In this document: positions 26,921 through 40,417 of the stretch, one piece after another
Layout: every line of letters starts with the position of its first letter
Position numbering within the stretch: the first letter of the stretch is position 1
NCBI RefSeq assembly: GCF_016432865.1
Contig: NC_067402.1
Coordinates: 187,736,001 to 187,800,000, forward strand
Reading direction: 5' to 3'
From: Antechinus flavipes
Taxonomy: Eukaryota
Length of the DNA stretch: 64,000 bases
Notes under the pieces: model-generated
The model's input: only the letters and a program-made list of their open reading frames with translations
Told to the model about the DNA's origin: nothing
Database searches by the model: none
Made by a program: the position numbers and the translations under genes

Positions 26921-28441
26921 TAATTGCTCTCAGGAAAATTATATTCTCTTATACATGTTCATGGGTAAGAAAATGCAATATATTTTGAGGAGAAAATTAA
27001 GCACTCACAACTAAAGGGATGAAAAAAGGTTTCAAAGAGATGTTTCCTGAGCTGATGCTTGAAGGTAGAGAAGGAGATTAAGAATAGGAAGTAAGAAGGG
27101 AGTGCATTCTAGAAATGGAGGAAAGAGTTTGCAAAGGAAAAGAGGGAAGAAGAGATGGAATGCCAAGGGGATAGTAGTCTCATTTGGCTTAAATGTAAGA
27201 TATATGAACGTATTTGAAAAGGTGGTGGAGTTGAGGTTATGATGGGCTTTAAACAATAGGCTAAAGAGTTTATATTTATCCTGGAGGCAAGAGAGCTATT
27301 GAGGATTTTTAAGTAGGATAGGATACATGATCAAATGTATGTTTTAAGAGCATTTGGCTATTGTATGACGGATGAATTGTCAACTAGAACAAGGTGGGCC
27401 AATTAACAGGTTTCAATATAGGGTCAAGAAGTATATATTTGTATATGTTGGTTGTTTGTGTGTATATATTGTGTTGTGTTGTGTGATTTCTCTTTATCCC
27501 TCTTGTTTCCTCCTTGTTATCCTAACCCCATGATACTCTTAGGATAAATTATAAATCACCAGTGTGATTGGTCCCTAGAGACAGAGGAGGATAGTCCTCT
27601 GTCTAATATACCCAGTCAAGTAGTAACTCTAGCTGGTTACCTTAGAGTTCTATCTTCTTCCCATAGGACAGAGGAGAATGAAATGAGGAGAACACTCAGA
27701 AAAGGTTGAGAATGGGATCTAGAACTCATATATCCTAATACTCATCTTCTTAATCCTTCTTTTAGTTGAGGATGATAGTCTGTTCATAAGAGGAAAGGAA
27801 TCCAATCATTTTCCCATCTCCCCTACAGTAAACTGACTTGGAAGAGTACCTGTCTCTTTGTACCCTGATGAGGTCATGGGAATGGGCAGTATGCGGCAAC
27901 CAGTTATGCCTGAGGGTAGGGTCAAATGGATAGGTGGCTGACCCAGTCCTAATAATATCGAACTCTTTTCATATAAATTGCAGCTCAGGGAAGATACACA
28001 AGCAGACTACTCCACATACACTCCAAAGTTCATCATTTAGAACCTAGGCCGAGTTGGCGGATGGGAAAGGAGAGAAGGAGCCCATCAGTCTGGGTGCTTT
28101 CCAGAATTATCTACCCAGACTCTTTGCTAAGCTAGGAACAGAATCTAGGTGTCCACGCTTGGACTACATTGGCACGAGACTGGAGGAGATGGGGCTGGAG
28201 AAGGAGGGCACGGTGAGAGTGAGGGGAGTGGGGGAGGGAAAAGGTCCCTTTTTCAAAACTGCCATCTCAAAGGAACTTCTAGATTCCTCTTACCAGGATG
28301 CTAGATCCGACTCTAGGTGTCTCCCCACCCACTCCCCAAATAGTTTTCAACTTCTCGACTCTCTTCTCCTTCCTTCTCTCAATTTCCTCTTTCTTTCCTA
28401 AGCTTCACCTACCCAGAGCAGCCCCACCCAGCTGTGCTGGG

Positions 28442-29375
28442 CACATCCCATAATAGTCAGCCTTCTTTCCCCCCTCCCCTCCAAAAAGAGGCGGTCATCC
28501 CATAATAGCCACCCACAGGAGACATTCCGCGGTGACCGCCCCCTCCCTGCGGAGCTGCCGGGAGCCGCCATCCCATAATAGTTGTCTGCCTGTTTTACTG
28601 GTTACTGCTGTGAAGGGAACCGGAGAGGAAGAGAGGGGAGGGAGAAGCAGCAAGGGTCTCCCCTGGTGGGGGGGTGGGGCAGTAGAAGGCTTAAGCTGAG
28701 GGGTGGTGACAGGTAGAGGGGAATGATGTACAGGTGGTGGGGAGCGACACGCTAGCCCCCATTACTTTGGAATGAGAGCCTCCCCCCCACACCCAAGGTG
28801 GCGACTTGTCAGAGAAACTGCTGGGGCAGTTTAAAAAAGGAAGAAAAACCGAAGTGTTTGGGGAGGGGGGGACTGGTTATCAGGTGTTCCCCCAAGAAGA
28901 CAATGGTTTGAGTGAAAGGGTTGACCTTAGAGAGTGAGGGGGGAGGGGCAAAGAAGAGCTTTCTTATCCTCCCCACTCTGCACCATCATCCCATAATAAT
29001 CCTTCAACCCCACTCCCCCTCCCACACACACACCATCCCATAATATTTCCCAGAGAGGCAGTCCTGCAGTAGGTACAAAGAAGCATCCCATAATAAGCTT
29101 CCCTACCCCACCCATTCCACTCACCAGGCTACCCCCACCTCGGTCACATGCAGTCAGTGCCAACTCCCCCCTGCTCCCCCCTCTGGCCACCAAAGGCCTT
29201 GCCAGCCCATAATACTCCCTCCTCCCCCTTCCTCCCCCCTTCCCACCCCGCACCCCTTCCTCCTGCCTCCAGTTGGATCTGAGCCTCACCAGCCCATAAT
29301 ATTGGCCAGTCTCCTAAGGCTGCTCCAGCCCATAATACTCTCCATGTCTCCTAAGGCCTCTCCATCCCATAACAT
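28442..29375 (+). repeat. Homotypic motif array B: 9 copies of CCCATAAT (consensus CA(T/G)CCCATAATA) plus one CCCATAAC variant
   Basis: Exact cores at 28447, 28499, 28572, 28990, 29037, 29087, 29206, 29293, 29329; variant at 29366. Same strand as array A. Confidence 0.93.
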
Positions 29376-32300
29376 TGCCAGAAGCCTGACCTGTGGGCCA
29401 AATCCCAAGTCTGTTCCACACATCTCAGCTGTGTCAGCACTGGTCTGTCTCCCTCCCCTCCCTTCCATCTTCCCTCAATCTAGCTCACCCTTTTCCAGAC
29501 TCTTTCCAATCGTTTTGTCCCAGACTGCTTCCCCCACCCCCAATTCTCAACTTATTTTTGTCTTGATCCTGGATATATCACTAATGTCCTTCATTACCCT
29601 TTCTCCCTAATCTGGTTCTCAGATTTTTTTTCCTTTCACACACACACACACACACGGAAAGTAAAATTATACCAGAGGGCAATAGGGCATTTACCTTGTG
29701 GCTCTTAGAATAACTGCTTCAGGGAAAGAGGCTGCTGTACCTAAAAACTTTCATTAATGACCTGACATCACACTACTTTGCTTGGCCTGCTTTGCACACT
29801 GTTCCCCAAGCCTGAATTTTCAATATTGGATATGCCCCCCCTCTTTTTTTTTTTTAAACTACAGGAAGTCTTAGTTTTTCCCCAGAAATACTTGTTTGAT
29901 CATCCCCATGTTGTGAGGTATCAAGCAAGGAATGTATCTTTAGGATTCTCAACTTTTTGCAACATACTTTTCCTTTGTTGGTCTGGGGCAGCCTCCCCCC
30001 CCCCTTGGGGCAACTATAATGCAAGCCACCCCTTCACCATTAACTTCTGTAGGGTATCAGTTGTTTGCAATGCATCAATACCTCTTGGGATGGAAAGACC
30101 TAGTGTGATGGAATGAGCCTGAGATTTAAGAATCAGAAGACTTGGATTTGAATCTCATCTCTCTCATTTCCTGTGTAGCCTTGAACAAATTGCTTAATGA
30201 GCCTTAAGTTTTCTTACCTGTAAAATAGGCATATAATTCATAGGATCTTTACGAGATAACTTATGGAAAACTGCTCCATAAACAAGAATTACTTTTAGCT
30301 TCCATAAAGTTCAGACTTCTTTGTCAGGCATTCTAGGTCTTTCACAGTTTGGTACCACTGTATTTGTCCAGCCATATATCACAGAATATGTTTTGGAAGG
30401 ACCCTCAGAGGACACCTAGGTCTACTTACCTATCTAAAAAGAATCTACTCCACAACCTGCCCAACAGGTAATTATCAAGCCTTTGCTTAGAGATCTTTAA
30501 TGAGAGGAACCTACTCCCTCCTGGGCAGACCATGCCACTTGGAAAAAAACAGCTCAGATAACTAGAAATTTTGGCCTTATACACTTAAATCTGCCTGTCT
30601 GAAACTTGTATCCTTTACTCCTCATTCTGCCTTATGAAGCTTAGAGGACCTTACAGGTCAATTACCTCTTCCATAAGCCAGTCCTAAAAATACAAAAAGA
30701 CAACTATTTCTCTTGTCTCCATGTCTCTTTTCCTGAATGAACATCTCAGTTCTTTCAATGAATCATCAAACACATACACTAGACCACTAAGTAATATTTT
30801 CCACAGGGTATGGTGCAGTTTGTTCCTAATAGTTGCAATGTTTTCCTTTTCTTTCTTACCTATTGATTAGTTCCATCCCAATTTTAAAATTCAACTCAAA
30901 TGGCTCTTCCACTTTGAAGTCTTTGCTCTTCTCAGAGTTCTTGATTTGGCTTTGTCCCTTTCTAATGCATTTCTGGTGTGTTGTAAGTTTCTTGAGAGTT
31001 TTTACTGAATTTTACATTTCTCTACTATCTAAAATGGTCATCTGCATATAGAATGTATTTAAATATTTGAATTAATAATTTTCCTCAAATTTTTACTTTA
31101 GAGAATAGATGCTCTTATTCTCTCCTTCTTTTAGAGAACATTATTGGCTAATGAAAAATGGAGACAGATTGTTGGCCTGTGTTCAGTGGAGATTGCTTAC
31201 CACCCATCCACCCCTCACCCCCACAATTCAATGTGGGACCATTCCAGAACATTTTTCTTGTGTTCTGTGGACTAAGTCTATATTTTTGATGACTCTTTTC
31301 AGAGAGTAGGTAGGGAACTATCACACTAATTTAGGTTGCTTTAGTTTGAGCTCACTAACCTCTAGAGAAACTCAAATGTGTAAAGCAGTCCTCACCTAAA
31401 TGGACTTCACTTAGTTCATGATTAGATCAAGTTTATGTTACAGGGAAGAGGAATCTGGGTATTTGTATGTATGTGGGTGACAAGTGCTTGAGACAGCTTA
31501 CTCATGCTTATTTGCATAAAGGGATATGTTCATACAAAATTGAAGGCAGAATTAGGGGCAGGGATAGAGATGGATGTACAGAAGGTTATTTCAAGAATAC
31601 AATTAGGAGAAAAAATGGAAGGGCACCCAGAGCACAACAGGGAAACTGTGGAGGAGGAGGAGGAGTCCCTTCATACAAGTATAATTGAGATAATCTTCCT
31701 TCAGATTTTATTTCTGATGACATTCAAAGATTAAGATGTGAGAATCATAGGATCATGGATTCAAACCTGATAAGAATTATAAAAGAGCCCCTCTCCCCTC
31801 CTCATTTTATAGATGAAGAATCTGAGATCCTAAGTCATATAGTGACAGAAATAGGATTTGACTTAAGTCATCTGCTGACAAATACAGGGCTCTTTCCTCT
31901 GCATCATTAAGAAAGCAGTATAAGAAAGCAATATAACTGATTTCTGAGCTGGAATTAGGGAAGAAAATTCAGTCCTTTAAAAAGGAATTAAAAGCCTCTA
32001 GGCACCTGAAGATGAGCAAACAGAGGATTCAAGGATGGGAGACCCACCTCCACTTTCCCTATGAAAAAAGTCCCTCCCACCAATAGGGGCAGTTCAGAGG
32101 GCGAGGGGCTCCCAGTGCCCCATACTTTATCCATTTCATTAGATTTCTTGGCCATTCCTTTTCTTCCCAGTTAGTATCATTGACACTAATGGAAATTAGT
32201 GCTATATTAGTGCTATATGGAGCTCATATAGCAAAAGCAGCCCACATTTTTGTCATAGGAGCTTGCACTGTCCCTAGAAAGACACCAAATCTGGTTCTCT

Positions 32301-33337
32301 GTGGCAGGATGAGAGCCATCAAGGGCACTAACCACCAACCATCCCCCTGCTTTAACACGAGAGAGCCGGCAGAGAAGTCTGAGCCAATTCTCCAGTTTGG
32401 CCACCAGGGGTCATTTTATCCTTAAAAATCAAACCGTTTGTTAATGACCTCGAAAGGACACGCAGGAGACCCTAAACAATGACACACAGACAGAAATACA
32501 TACACACTGGGTAACACGTACATAAAAATATACACATTAAAAAACCAAGTGGTTATACAGAAGCAGAAGATACATGCAACATCTTTGTTGCTCTGGTTGG
32601 AATCTTCTCCCAGGGTGGGTGGGGGGATGCTAGTGTGTGGGTGGTGTGGCAGTGGGGGCAGGGAGTGTGTCAGCAATCCAAGAAGCCCAGAGCACTGCCT
32701 CACATGGAAATATTCTGCTTCCTGTCTCTCCTTCCCCCACCCGCCGTATTAAAAGCCCCCATTCCTCCCTTCCTGCTGGGCTCCCCTACTCCATATTTCA
32801 GAATAAGCTTGTGACATGGGGCATTTCCTTCTTTCATTTCTCCTGTGGTTCTCCCTTCCTACAAGCTGGGTCAGCCAATAAGCTCCACCCTACTGCTCCT
32901 GGTTTCTCCTCCCCACCTCCAAATATCTCCTCGATGACTCGGGAGATTCTACTATCATTGCCTCATTTCTTTGTGTTAAACATTGTCCTCCCTGTAATCC
33001 TATTTTAAATCTTTAAATAACACAGTACCTCGAGTTTGGGATTGGGGATCATGGGTGTTGTATAGTTCTCACTCAGATAAGGCAAATGCGTTGATCAGGT
33101 CGTTTTTGTTCTTTTTAAAGGTAGAAGAAATGTGGTAGATGAAGGCATAGGTATTTGTGACAGATGTGAGAGGAGATCAGAAACTCTGATAACTTCTCTA
33201 TGTCACAGTTTTGCCACAAACCAACCATGACCTTGTCCCACTGCCCCATGTCAGAGTTTAAGAGGTAGATTATTCTAACTTCACACCAAAAAGAAAGTTG
33301 ACTCCGTAGAGAAGGAGAATCATTTCCTACCTTCAAT

Positions 33338-33343
33338 TTTATT
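33338..33343 (-). terminator. Candidate LPAR5 polyadenylation signal AATAAA
   Basis: First canonical hexamer I found 3' of the LPAR5 stop (about 415 nt). Confidence 0.3.
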
Positions 33344-33756
33344 AGTCGATGACTCCTCCATCCTTCCCTACCACCCCACTCCTACAAAACAAAATAAAGG
33401 GATCTAAGGCCCAGTGGTATGAGGAAGCATACCTTGCAGAAAAAATTCTAGTGAGGAAGCTTTTCAGCAGACTGTTCAACTGGGTAACTTCAAATGGGCC
33501 AAATTCAGAACTTGGCATTCAGGTTTCCCTATCTTTGGGCAGAGGAAAGAGGAAAGGATTTCTCCTCCTCTTTAAGAAAGACGGTTCTATAGCACTCCTT
33601 CTTTATACTTAAGACTTTGTTTGTTCCTGGAAATAAGAGCCAAGATTGAAAGCTGAGTCTGGGTACCTATCCTGTCTCCACACTACCTTGATCATTTACA
33701 ATCTCATAAAGTGCATGAGATTGGAGTTGGAGGGGAAATCCAGCCAGTGTTTCTGC

Positions 33757-34863
33757 TCAGATAGTTGAATCTTTGATGGGTTGAGTGAAGGACTTTTCCA
33801 GAGGTGTAGGTGAGAGCAGTTCACAGTGAGAGGTGTCCTCAACATTAGTGGAGAGAGTACCACTTTCCCGTTGCCTAGGTAGTCCCTGAGATCCATTGGC
33901 AGATCTGACTTTTACCCATCGTGTAGTTCCCAGGTCTCGTAGGGTGTTTCGGAAGCCCTCTGCACTGAAATAGTACACAAGGGGATCTAAGACACAGTTG
34001 GCACTAGCCAACACTACCATCACCACCAACACCTGGCGCACCTTGTCCCGGGCTTCGGAGCTGGCATCTACCAGCTTTCCCCTAAGCAGCCCATACACAG
34101 CCAGGGCCGTATTGTAGGGCACAAAGCACAGGAGGAAAATGACCAGGTTAGCCAGCAGGAGGCGCACCGTTTTCCTGCGTCTTTCACTCCTGGTGGTGCT
34201 GGGCCGGGCCAAGGTCCAGAAGACCCGACTGGAAGAGTAGATCATGGTTATCAAGGGCAGTATGAAACCCAGCCCTTCAGCAAGAAGTACCAGCGGCAGC
34301 AGCTTGCCCTGCCACAACTTCTCACTGAAGCTCTCGAAGCACAGGTTGACAGTGATGTTCTCATAATAGCAAGGTGAGGGAGCATGAACCCGAGCAGCAG
34401 GCACAGCACACACCAGGATCAAAGCCCAGACCCCCAGGCAGAGCAGTCTTGCCACCATAGGCCTGCGTAGGTGGCGGAGCCGCAGCGGGTGGACGATTGC
34501 AACATAACGATCCATATTGATGAGGGCCAAGAAAATGCAGCTGCCGTACATATTCATCTGGAAGGCAGCCCCTGCTGTCTGGCACAGGAGGTCGGGAAGG
34601 GGCCAGTAGTGAAGAGCGTAGTAGGATATCCGCAGGGGCAAGGAAAGGGTAAAAAGCAGATCGCTAGCTGCCAGGTTACACATGTAGACACTGACCACCG
34701 AGTGGACCTGTAGGGCTCGGAGGAACACCCATAGTGCCAAGGCGTTGAGGGGAAGACCAGTGGCAAGCACCAGACTGTAGCCCACCAGGTGCAGGCGGTG
34801 GAAAAGTCGATAGTCAGGACACGCGGGGATATCAGGGCCAGTGGAGGTGGAGTTGGCCGACAT
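33757..34863 (-). CDS. LPAR5: Lysophosphatidic acid receptor 5 (GPR92), 368 aa class A GPCR, single coding exon
   Basis: ORF begins MSANSTS...[19 protein letters not shown]. Seven hydrophobic segments, MDRY and DPLVY motifs, sequence matches LPAR5 and position is syntenic. Likely acceptor TTTCAG|GTCCCC at 34999/34998. Confidence 0.97.
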   Translation of the reverse strand: MSANSTSTGPDIPACPDYRLFHRLHLVGYSLVLATGLPLNALALWVFLRALQVHSVVSVYMCNLAASDLLFTLSLPLRISYYALHYWPLPDLLCQTAGAAFQMNMYGSCIFLALINMDRYVAIVHPLRLRHLRRPMVARLLCLGVWALILVCAVPAARVHAPSPCYYENITVNLCFESFSEKLWQGKLLPLVLLAEGLGFILPLITMIYSSSRVFWTLARPSTTRSERRRKTVRLLLANLVIFLLCFVPYNTALAVYGLLRGKLVDASSEARDKVRQVLVVMVVLASANCVLDPLVYYFSAEGFRNTLRDLGTTRWVKVRSANGSQGLPRQRESGTLSTNVEDTSHCELLSPTPLEKSFTQPIKDSTI

Positions 34864-37800
34864 TTCCCCAACAAGTGGGCTAAGCTAAGGACATTATCCC
34901 TCAAGTTGGGCGGGAAGGGCCAGGGACAACCAAGATGGAGTAGAGGAAACAGGGAGAAGCCAGAAACTCCAGTGCTCCTCTTTTATTACAATGGGGACCT
35001 GAAATGTGAAAGGAAGCCCAAGTTCAATAGCCAGAAAGAATAAACACATATGCATATCATATCATATACAATAACTGAAGCAACTGCAGGAAGTGGGACT
35101 TTTTTCAGTAGTTCCCCCCCACCCCCCACCTCCTCAGGAAGTCCTGAAACCATCCCACTACTTTTTCAGGTTAGCCTAAATCTGTACTCAGATATAATTG
35201 ACTTCTTCCTTACCATCCTGCTTCCCCTTTTTCCCTCTTAATTCAAGCCAGAATTTTTCTTGAACACATACATAATTTTGTCCCTTATTTATAAAGTCTT
35301 CTGAGCACTTAAGTACTCAGTTTACAATCTCCTCGTAGGTTGATGAGCACTCTTTTCATTATAGCTCTATAAAGTTTCTCCAATTAGATATAAGCTCTTA
35401 AGGAGTTCATCTTCTATTTTTCTACATTTCCTATTTCCACAGTCCCTTATCTAACAGTGCTCTCCCTTTAGTAGGTACTCAATGGTATATGCTAAATTGA
35501 TCAAAACATCAAGACACAACTGTTACATCCTGCCAGAGACTTATCATGTCAATTAACCACAGCTTAACATTTTCGCAAATGTTATGTCACAATTATATAG
35601 AAGATTCTGAAAGGCTTTGTATAATCCAATTTTCCTTCCACTCTCCATTCCAATTGAGAGGACTTTATATGCCTTTCCTATAGAATAGCTCTCAAAATAT
35701 GTTACCACTCCTAACACTTTAAAGGTTAGATAATAATTGTAAAGTACTTAGTACAGAGTCTGGCACATAGTAAGTACTATATAACTGTTAGTCATTATTA
35801 TTATATATTCTACTAGTCCCTCCCCAAAAGCCATTAAGCTTGTAAGCACTCTGTTTGGCTCATAGTAGCCATTTAACAAATACTAATTGATTAGGCACAT
35901 AAATGAACTAGAGGAACTTCTATTTTAAAAACAAAACTAATTTTACTACCTCCTCCCATATAGTTGGTTTGGAGAAGCAAAACAACCAGCCCACCATGGA
36001 TCTTTTTTTTGTATATTGGAATTCTCTGGGTTTTCTGAGTTCTGCCCCTTTTCCAACCTCCTTTAATTTAACCCTACCCTATCTTCCCCGTCCCTTTCTC
36101 TGACTTGATTAGTCCCTAAGGCCTACAGTGGGATAGATGGGCACTGGGCCAAGCCAAATGGGAAAGAGAAGGAAACTGAAATGGGTGGGGGAGGAAAAGG
36201 GAATAGGTAGGGAGCAGTTGAAATCTGCCATCTCAAATCAATACATCTGTTGAAAGGAGAAGGCCCTGTATGTATTTATGGGGGAGGGGGAGAAGGAAAG
36301 AGAGAGGGTGTGGGTAGGAGAGGGAACAGAGATAGAACAGCTGCCCTAGATCACAGTCCTAGGGCCTCGTTTCATCAGACATCTGCAACCAGGGGAAAAA
36401 AGATAGACCTACAGATACAAAGAATGAGTATACGAGGGAGAGAGACGCAGTAACAAGGACATATATAGTTAAACTCAAGCCTAGTAAAATATACAGACAC
36501 ATGAAACAGGGGACACAGAGATGATCAATTAGCAAGTATTTATTGAGTATTGACCCTGAACCCAGCCTTGTGCTAGAATCTCTAAAAGTATGTGGTCTGT
36601 GCCCTTGAAGAGCTTACAAATACACAAAGATACGGACATACATACACACAATACACACTCTCATACCAACAAAAATACACAGAAAATGCAACTGATACAT
36701 ATTCAATACAGTAAAGTAGATTTATGCCCTGTTGGACACACTGACTCCTCCTGAGTAATTTTCTCCCAAGTCACCTAGACAGATTCCAGTATGCAGCCAC
36801 CCTCCTTTAAACCTCCTATGCTCTCTCCCCTCTACATCTCCCACTTTTAACCCCAGCCCCAGGCATCTGTCTTCTCACCTGTCCTGTAGCTCTCTGTGAT
36901 CCATCTCAGTGCCCTCTGAGCTGGGCTGGGCTCTGCACATTGCTGAGATAAGCAAGGAGGGCAGGGTTGTCCTATGCAGCAGACAGGAAGTATGAGAGAG
37001 ATTGCACAGGCCCAAGAATTCCTCCATTCCCCCCCTACATACACATTTGGTACCCCATTGGTTGATGGTTATTGGCTGGTGGTGGTGGTGGGGAGGGAAG
37101 GAAAAGGAAGAAGAATTTCTGGGCTGAGGTGAGAAGCAAGAAGACATGCACATATGTCAAAGAGAAATAGAAAATCACTTTCCTCAACTTCCTCATTTCC
37201 AAAAGAAGTGCCACTAACTCATCTCTACTGGCACAAAATCTCAGTCACCCCTCTGACTTCTCCTCATTTAACTAATTACCACCTCCTATTCATGAGTCTT
37301 AAAAGGACTCTCTCCTTCCTATACTTTAGGAATTACACCTCTCTCCCCAACAACTATCTAGATATCAGTGGGTTTGAGAAAATGCTCTGTAAACATTAAA
37401 GTATTCTATAAATATGAATTGTTATAATTACCATATTATGGGAAGGATTAACTTTCTGTTAACTGAGTTCTGAGGCAGCTATCTTCTCTTTAGCTCCATT
37501 CTGTAGCCTCTTGGTGAAGGGAGGCTAAAGAATCAGAAGATTCTTAGTGTCTTGATGTTTACTGATATCTTACCACCCTAACAGATAAGTTTTTGTTCTG
37601 CCAGTCTTCAAACTCTACTCTAGTGGTTTAAAACTATTGCCTTTGGTTTGAGTTCAAAGAAATTATAGAACATACACAGCTGCCTATCCAACCTGATTGG
37701 TGTTAAGCTATCTGTCTGACCCCCTGAATATCTGGCTTCAGACAACCTGAAGCTTAAGGAGGACAGCTTCATTTCTTTCTTTCTATCACCTAAACATCTT

Positions 37801-38597
37801 TGTTATTGTTCTCCTCTTCCATTAGAACTTAAAGAGCTAAGCCTGAGTCCAGGTCTTTTTTTTTTTTTTTTTTAAGGCAACTCAAAGGACCTAAGTGTGG
37901 CTCTTAGCTCTGATGCTTACTGTGTGCCTTGGGCAAGCCACTTACTGTGTTTGGACCTCAGTTTCCTCATCTGTATATGAGAATTTGGGACAAGATTGTC
38001 TCTTAAGTCTCTTCCAGAGAAAGCTTTTAAGTTTGCTAGTCATTCTGATATCTCTTTTGGCCAACTTGGACACAGACCATGGTTCAGCCTCCTGAGAAGT
38101 GGCCTCCACTGCTTCCTGGATGTCACACATGCTTCCTATTCCTATTTTTAACAGCTCAGACAATAAATAATCAACAAATTAGAATGGCTAATTTGGTTCA
38201 TGAAGCATGACTTTTATGAGAATATGTGTGGTTGATATGATGCCTGTAGTGAATGTCAGGTCAGGTCAGCCCCTATAAAAGGCCAGCTCAGCTCTTCAAT
38301 GAAAGTTTCAGTGGCTTTCTTCTCCTTGCAATGTCTCCAGCTATTTCTGCTTTGCGCACTCAGCTCTCACATAGTTTCTCCCTCCAATATGAGTAAGTAT
38401 GAAAAGTCTGTGTCTTGCGATGTTTCTGAATCCCAATGTTTCCATATAGAATGAAGATATATGTCCCTAAGACTGGTGAATTTGTCTGATGGTACAAGGG
38501 TAATCTAGTGTAATGAAAGAGCAAAGAATCTGAATCTAGAAAATTAGGATTTGAATTCTGTCATTTACTTGTCTTGTAACTATAAACAAGTCCTTTC

Positions 38598-39282
38598 ATA
38601 TTATTGTTCTGTAAGGAACGACCAGCAGGATGAATACAGAGAGGACTGGCGAGATTACATGAACTGATGCTAAGTGAAATGAGCAGAACCAGGAGATCAT
38701 TATATACCTCAACAATGATACTGTTTGAGGATGTATTCTGATGGAAGTGGATCTCTTCGATAAAGAGAGCTTTAATTGATCAAAGATGGACAGAAGCAGC
38801 TACACCCAGAGAAAGAACACTGGGAAATGAATATAAACTGCTTGCATTTTTGTTTTTCTTCCCGGGTTATTTATATCTTCTGAATTCAATTCTCCCTGTG
38901 CAATAAGAAAACTGTTCAGTTCTGCACACATATATTGTATCTAGGATATACTGTAACCCATTCAACATGTAAAGGACTGCTTGCCATCTGGGGGAAGGGG
39001 TGGAGGGAGGGAGGGGAAAATCGGAACAGAAGTGAATGCAAGGGATAATGCTGTAAAAAATTACCCTGGCATGCGTTCTATCAATAAAAAGTTATTAAAA
39101 AAAAAAAAAAAAGAAAAGTTGGAACTTTAGAAAATTATCTCCATAACCTGAAAGACCAAAAGTCAAAAACTGCCTTTATTACATGTGCCTTCTACATGTG
39201 AGCCTCACTACCATTGTATTCTTAAATTTGAGCTCACTTTTCCCAAGGATAAATATTGTGTTGTTTAAAAAAAAAACAAAAA
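38598..39282 (+). mobile_element. 5'-truncated young marsupial L1 3' end with poly(A), extra 3' segment and second A-tail, inserted in a MIR
   Basis: L1 3'UTR ...TTACCCTGGCATGCGTTCTATCAATAAAAAGTTATT followed by A16 (39097-39112). 14-bp TSD AAACAAGTCCTTTC at 38584-38597 and 39283-39296. MIR halves lie on both sides. Confidence 0.85.
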
Positions 39283-40417
39283 AAACAAGTCCTTTCTTAT
39301 CTGTAAGCCTCAGTTTCCTTATTGATGATATTTATCCTATCTAGCTCCTATGGTTGTCATGTAGAAAACACTTTGTTAAGTGAAATATAAATATGAAATC
39401 ATGATGATTAGCTTTTTTCTAGGTTTTCCCCACCTGTCCTTATCTCCATTTTCTTCAAGGTCAGAGTTCAGGAACAAGGTAGTTAAGGGCACAGACTGCA
39501 AAAAAAAAAAAAAAAAAGAGAGAGAGAGAGAGAGAAAACGAACGTGCGAGAGACACAGAGGCAAGTAGACACAGAGACTAGTCCTATGCATAGGCAAGAG
39601 AGAAAACCATCTACATGGCAGGCTTAGACCATATGCCATAAAACCATATCTTCCCCCAAATCTCATCTTCATGACACTTCCCCTATTAGTTACTTTTGAG
39701 TCAGGCCTCCCAGAGAGATACCCCTAGAGGGATAGTATATTGCTATCAACCCAGGTAACCAAAAGGATCTTAGGGGAATAGAACAGATAAGTGAGTTTTG
39801 ATTGGGGATAGTGAGATGGGAAGAGAGTGCCCAAGTACAGAGCACTGACCCAGGAAAGTGGAGCTGGGTGGGGCAATGCTAATGGAAAACTCTGAAAAGT
39901 TTAGAAAGCTGTTAAAGATTTTGGGCATTAAGAAGAAGATAGAAGCAGGCAAGTGGGACAGGGAAGTCAAAAGAACTGTGCCTAGTTAAATGACCCACAG
40001 GAAGAGATCTACAGAGGGGGCTTTTCCTATGGAGGATACAGATACAGATCTCAAAACTTCTGGGCCTGACTGGCCCTATTCATTATGAATGCTAGTTTCT
40101 CTTGGAGTTGTAATTCATCCAAAACCATTCACAGGACCAGAGGCCATCATCATCTTCCCCTCTCACCCCCATTCTCGGGGAGCCTGTGTGTACCACTAGG
40201 GAGTACGCCCCCCTGCCAGTGATACCCCCATACCTGTGTTCACCACTGCTGTGCCGACACCTGGTGCTTGCTTCCGCTGCACTCTCCAAGCTGGGCTGGT
40301 AGGACCTGCTCTAGAGGCAGGTTTCAACACACCCACCCTAGCATATCCTGGCATGTCCTTTTCCTGCTCATAGCTCTTAAGTGATCCCAAGCAGGGAGGA
40401 GGGAGAGACATATTTAG

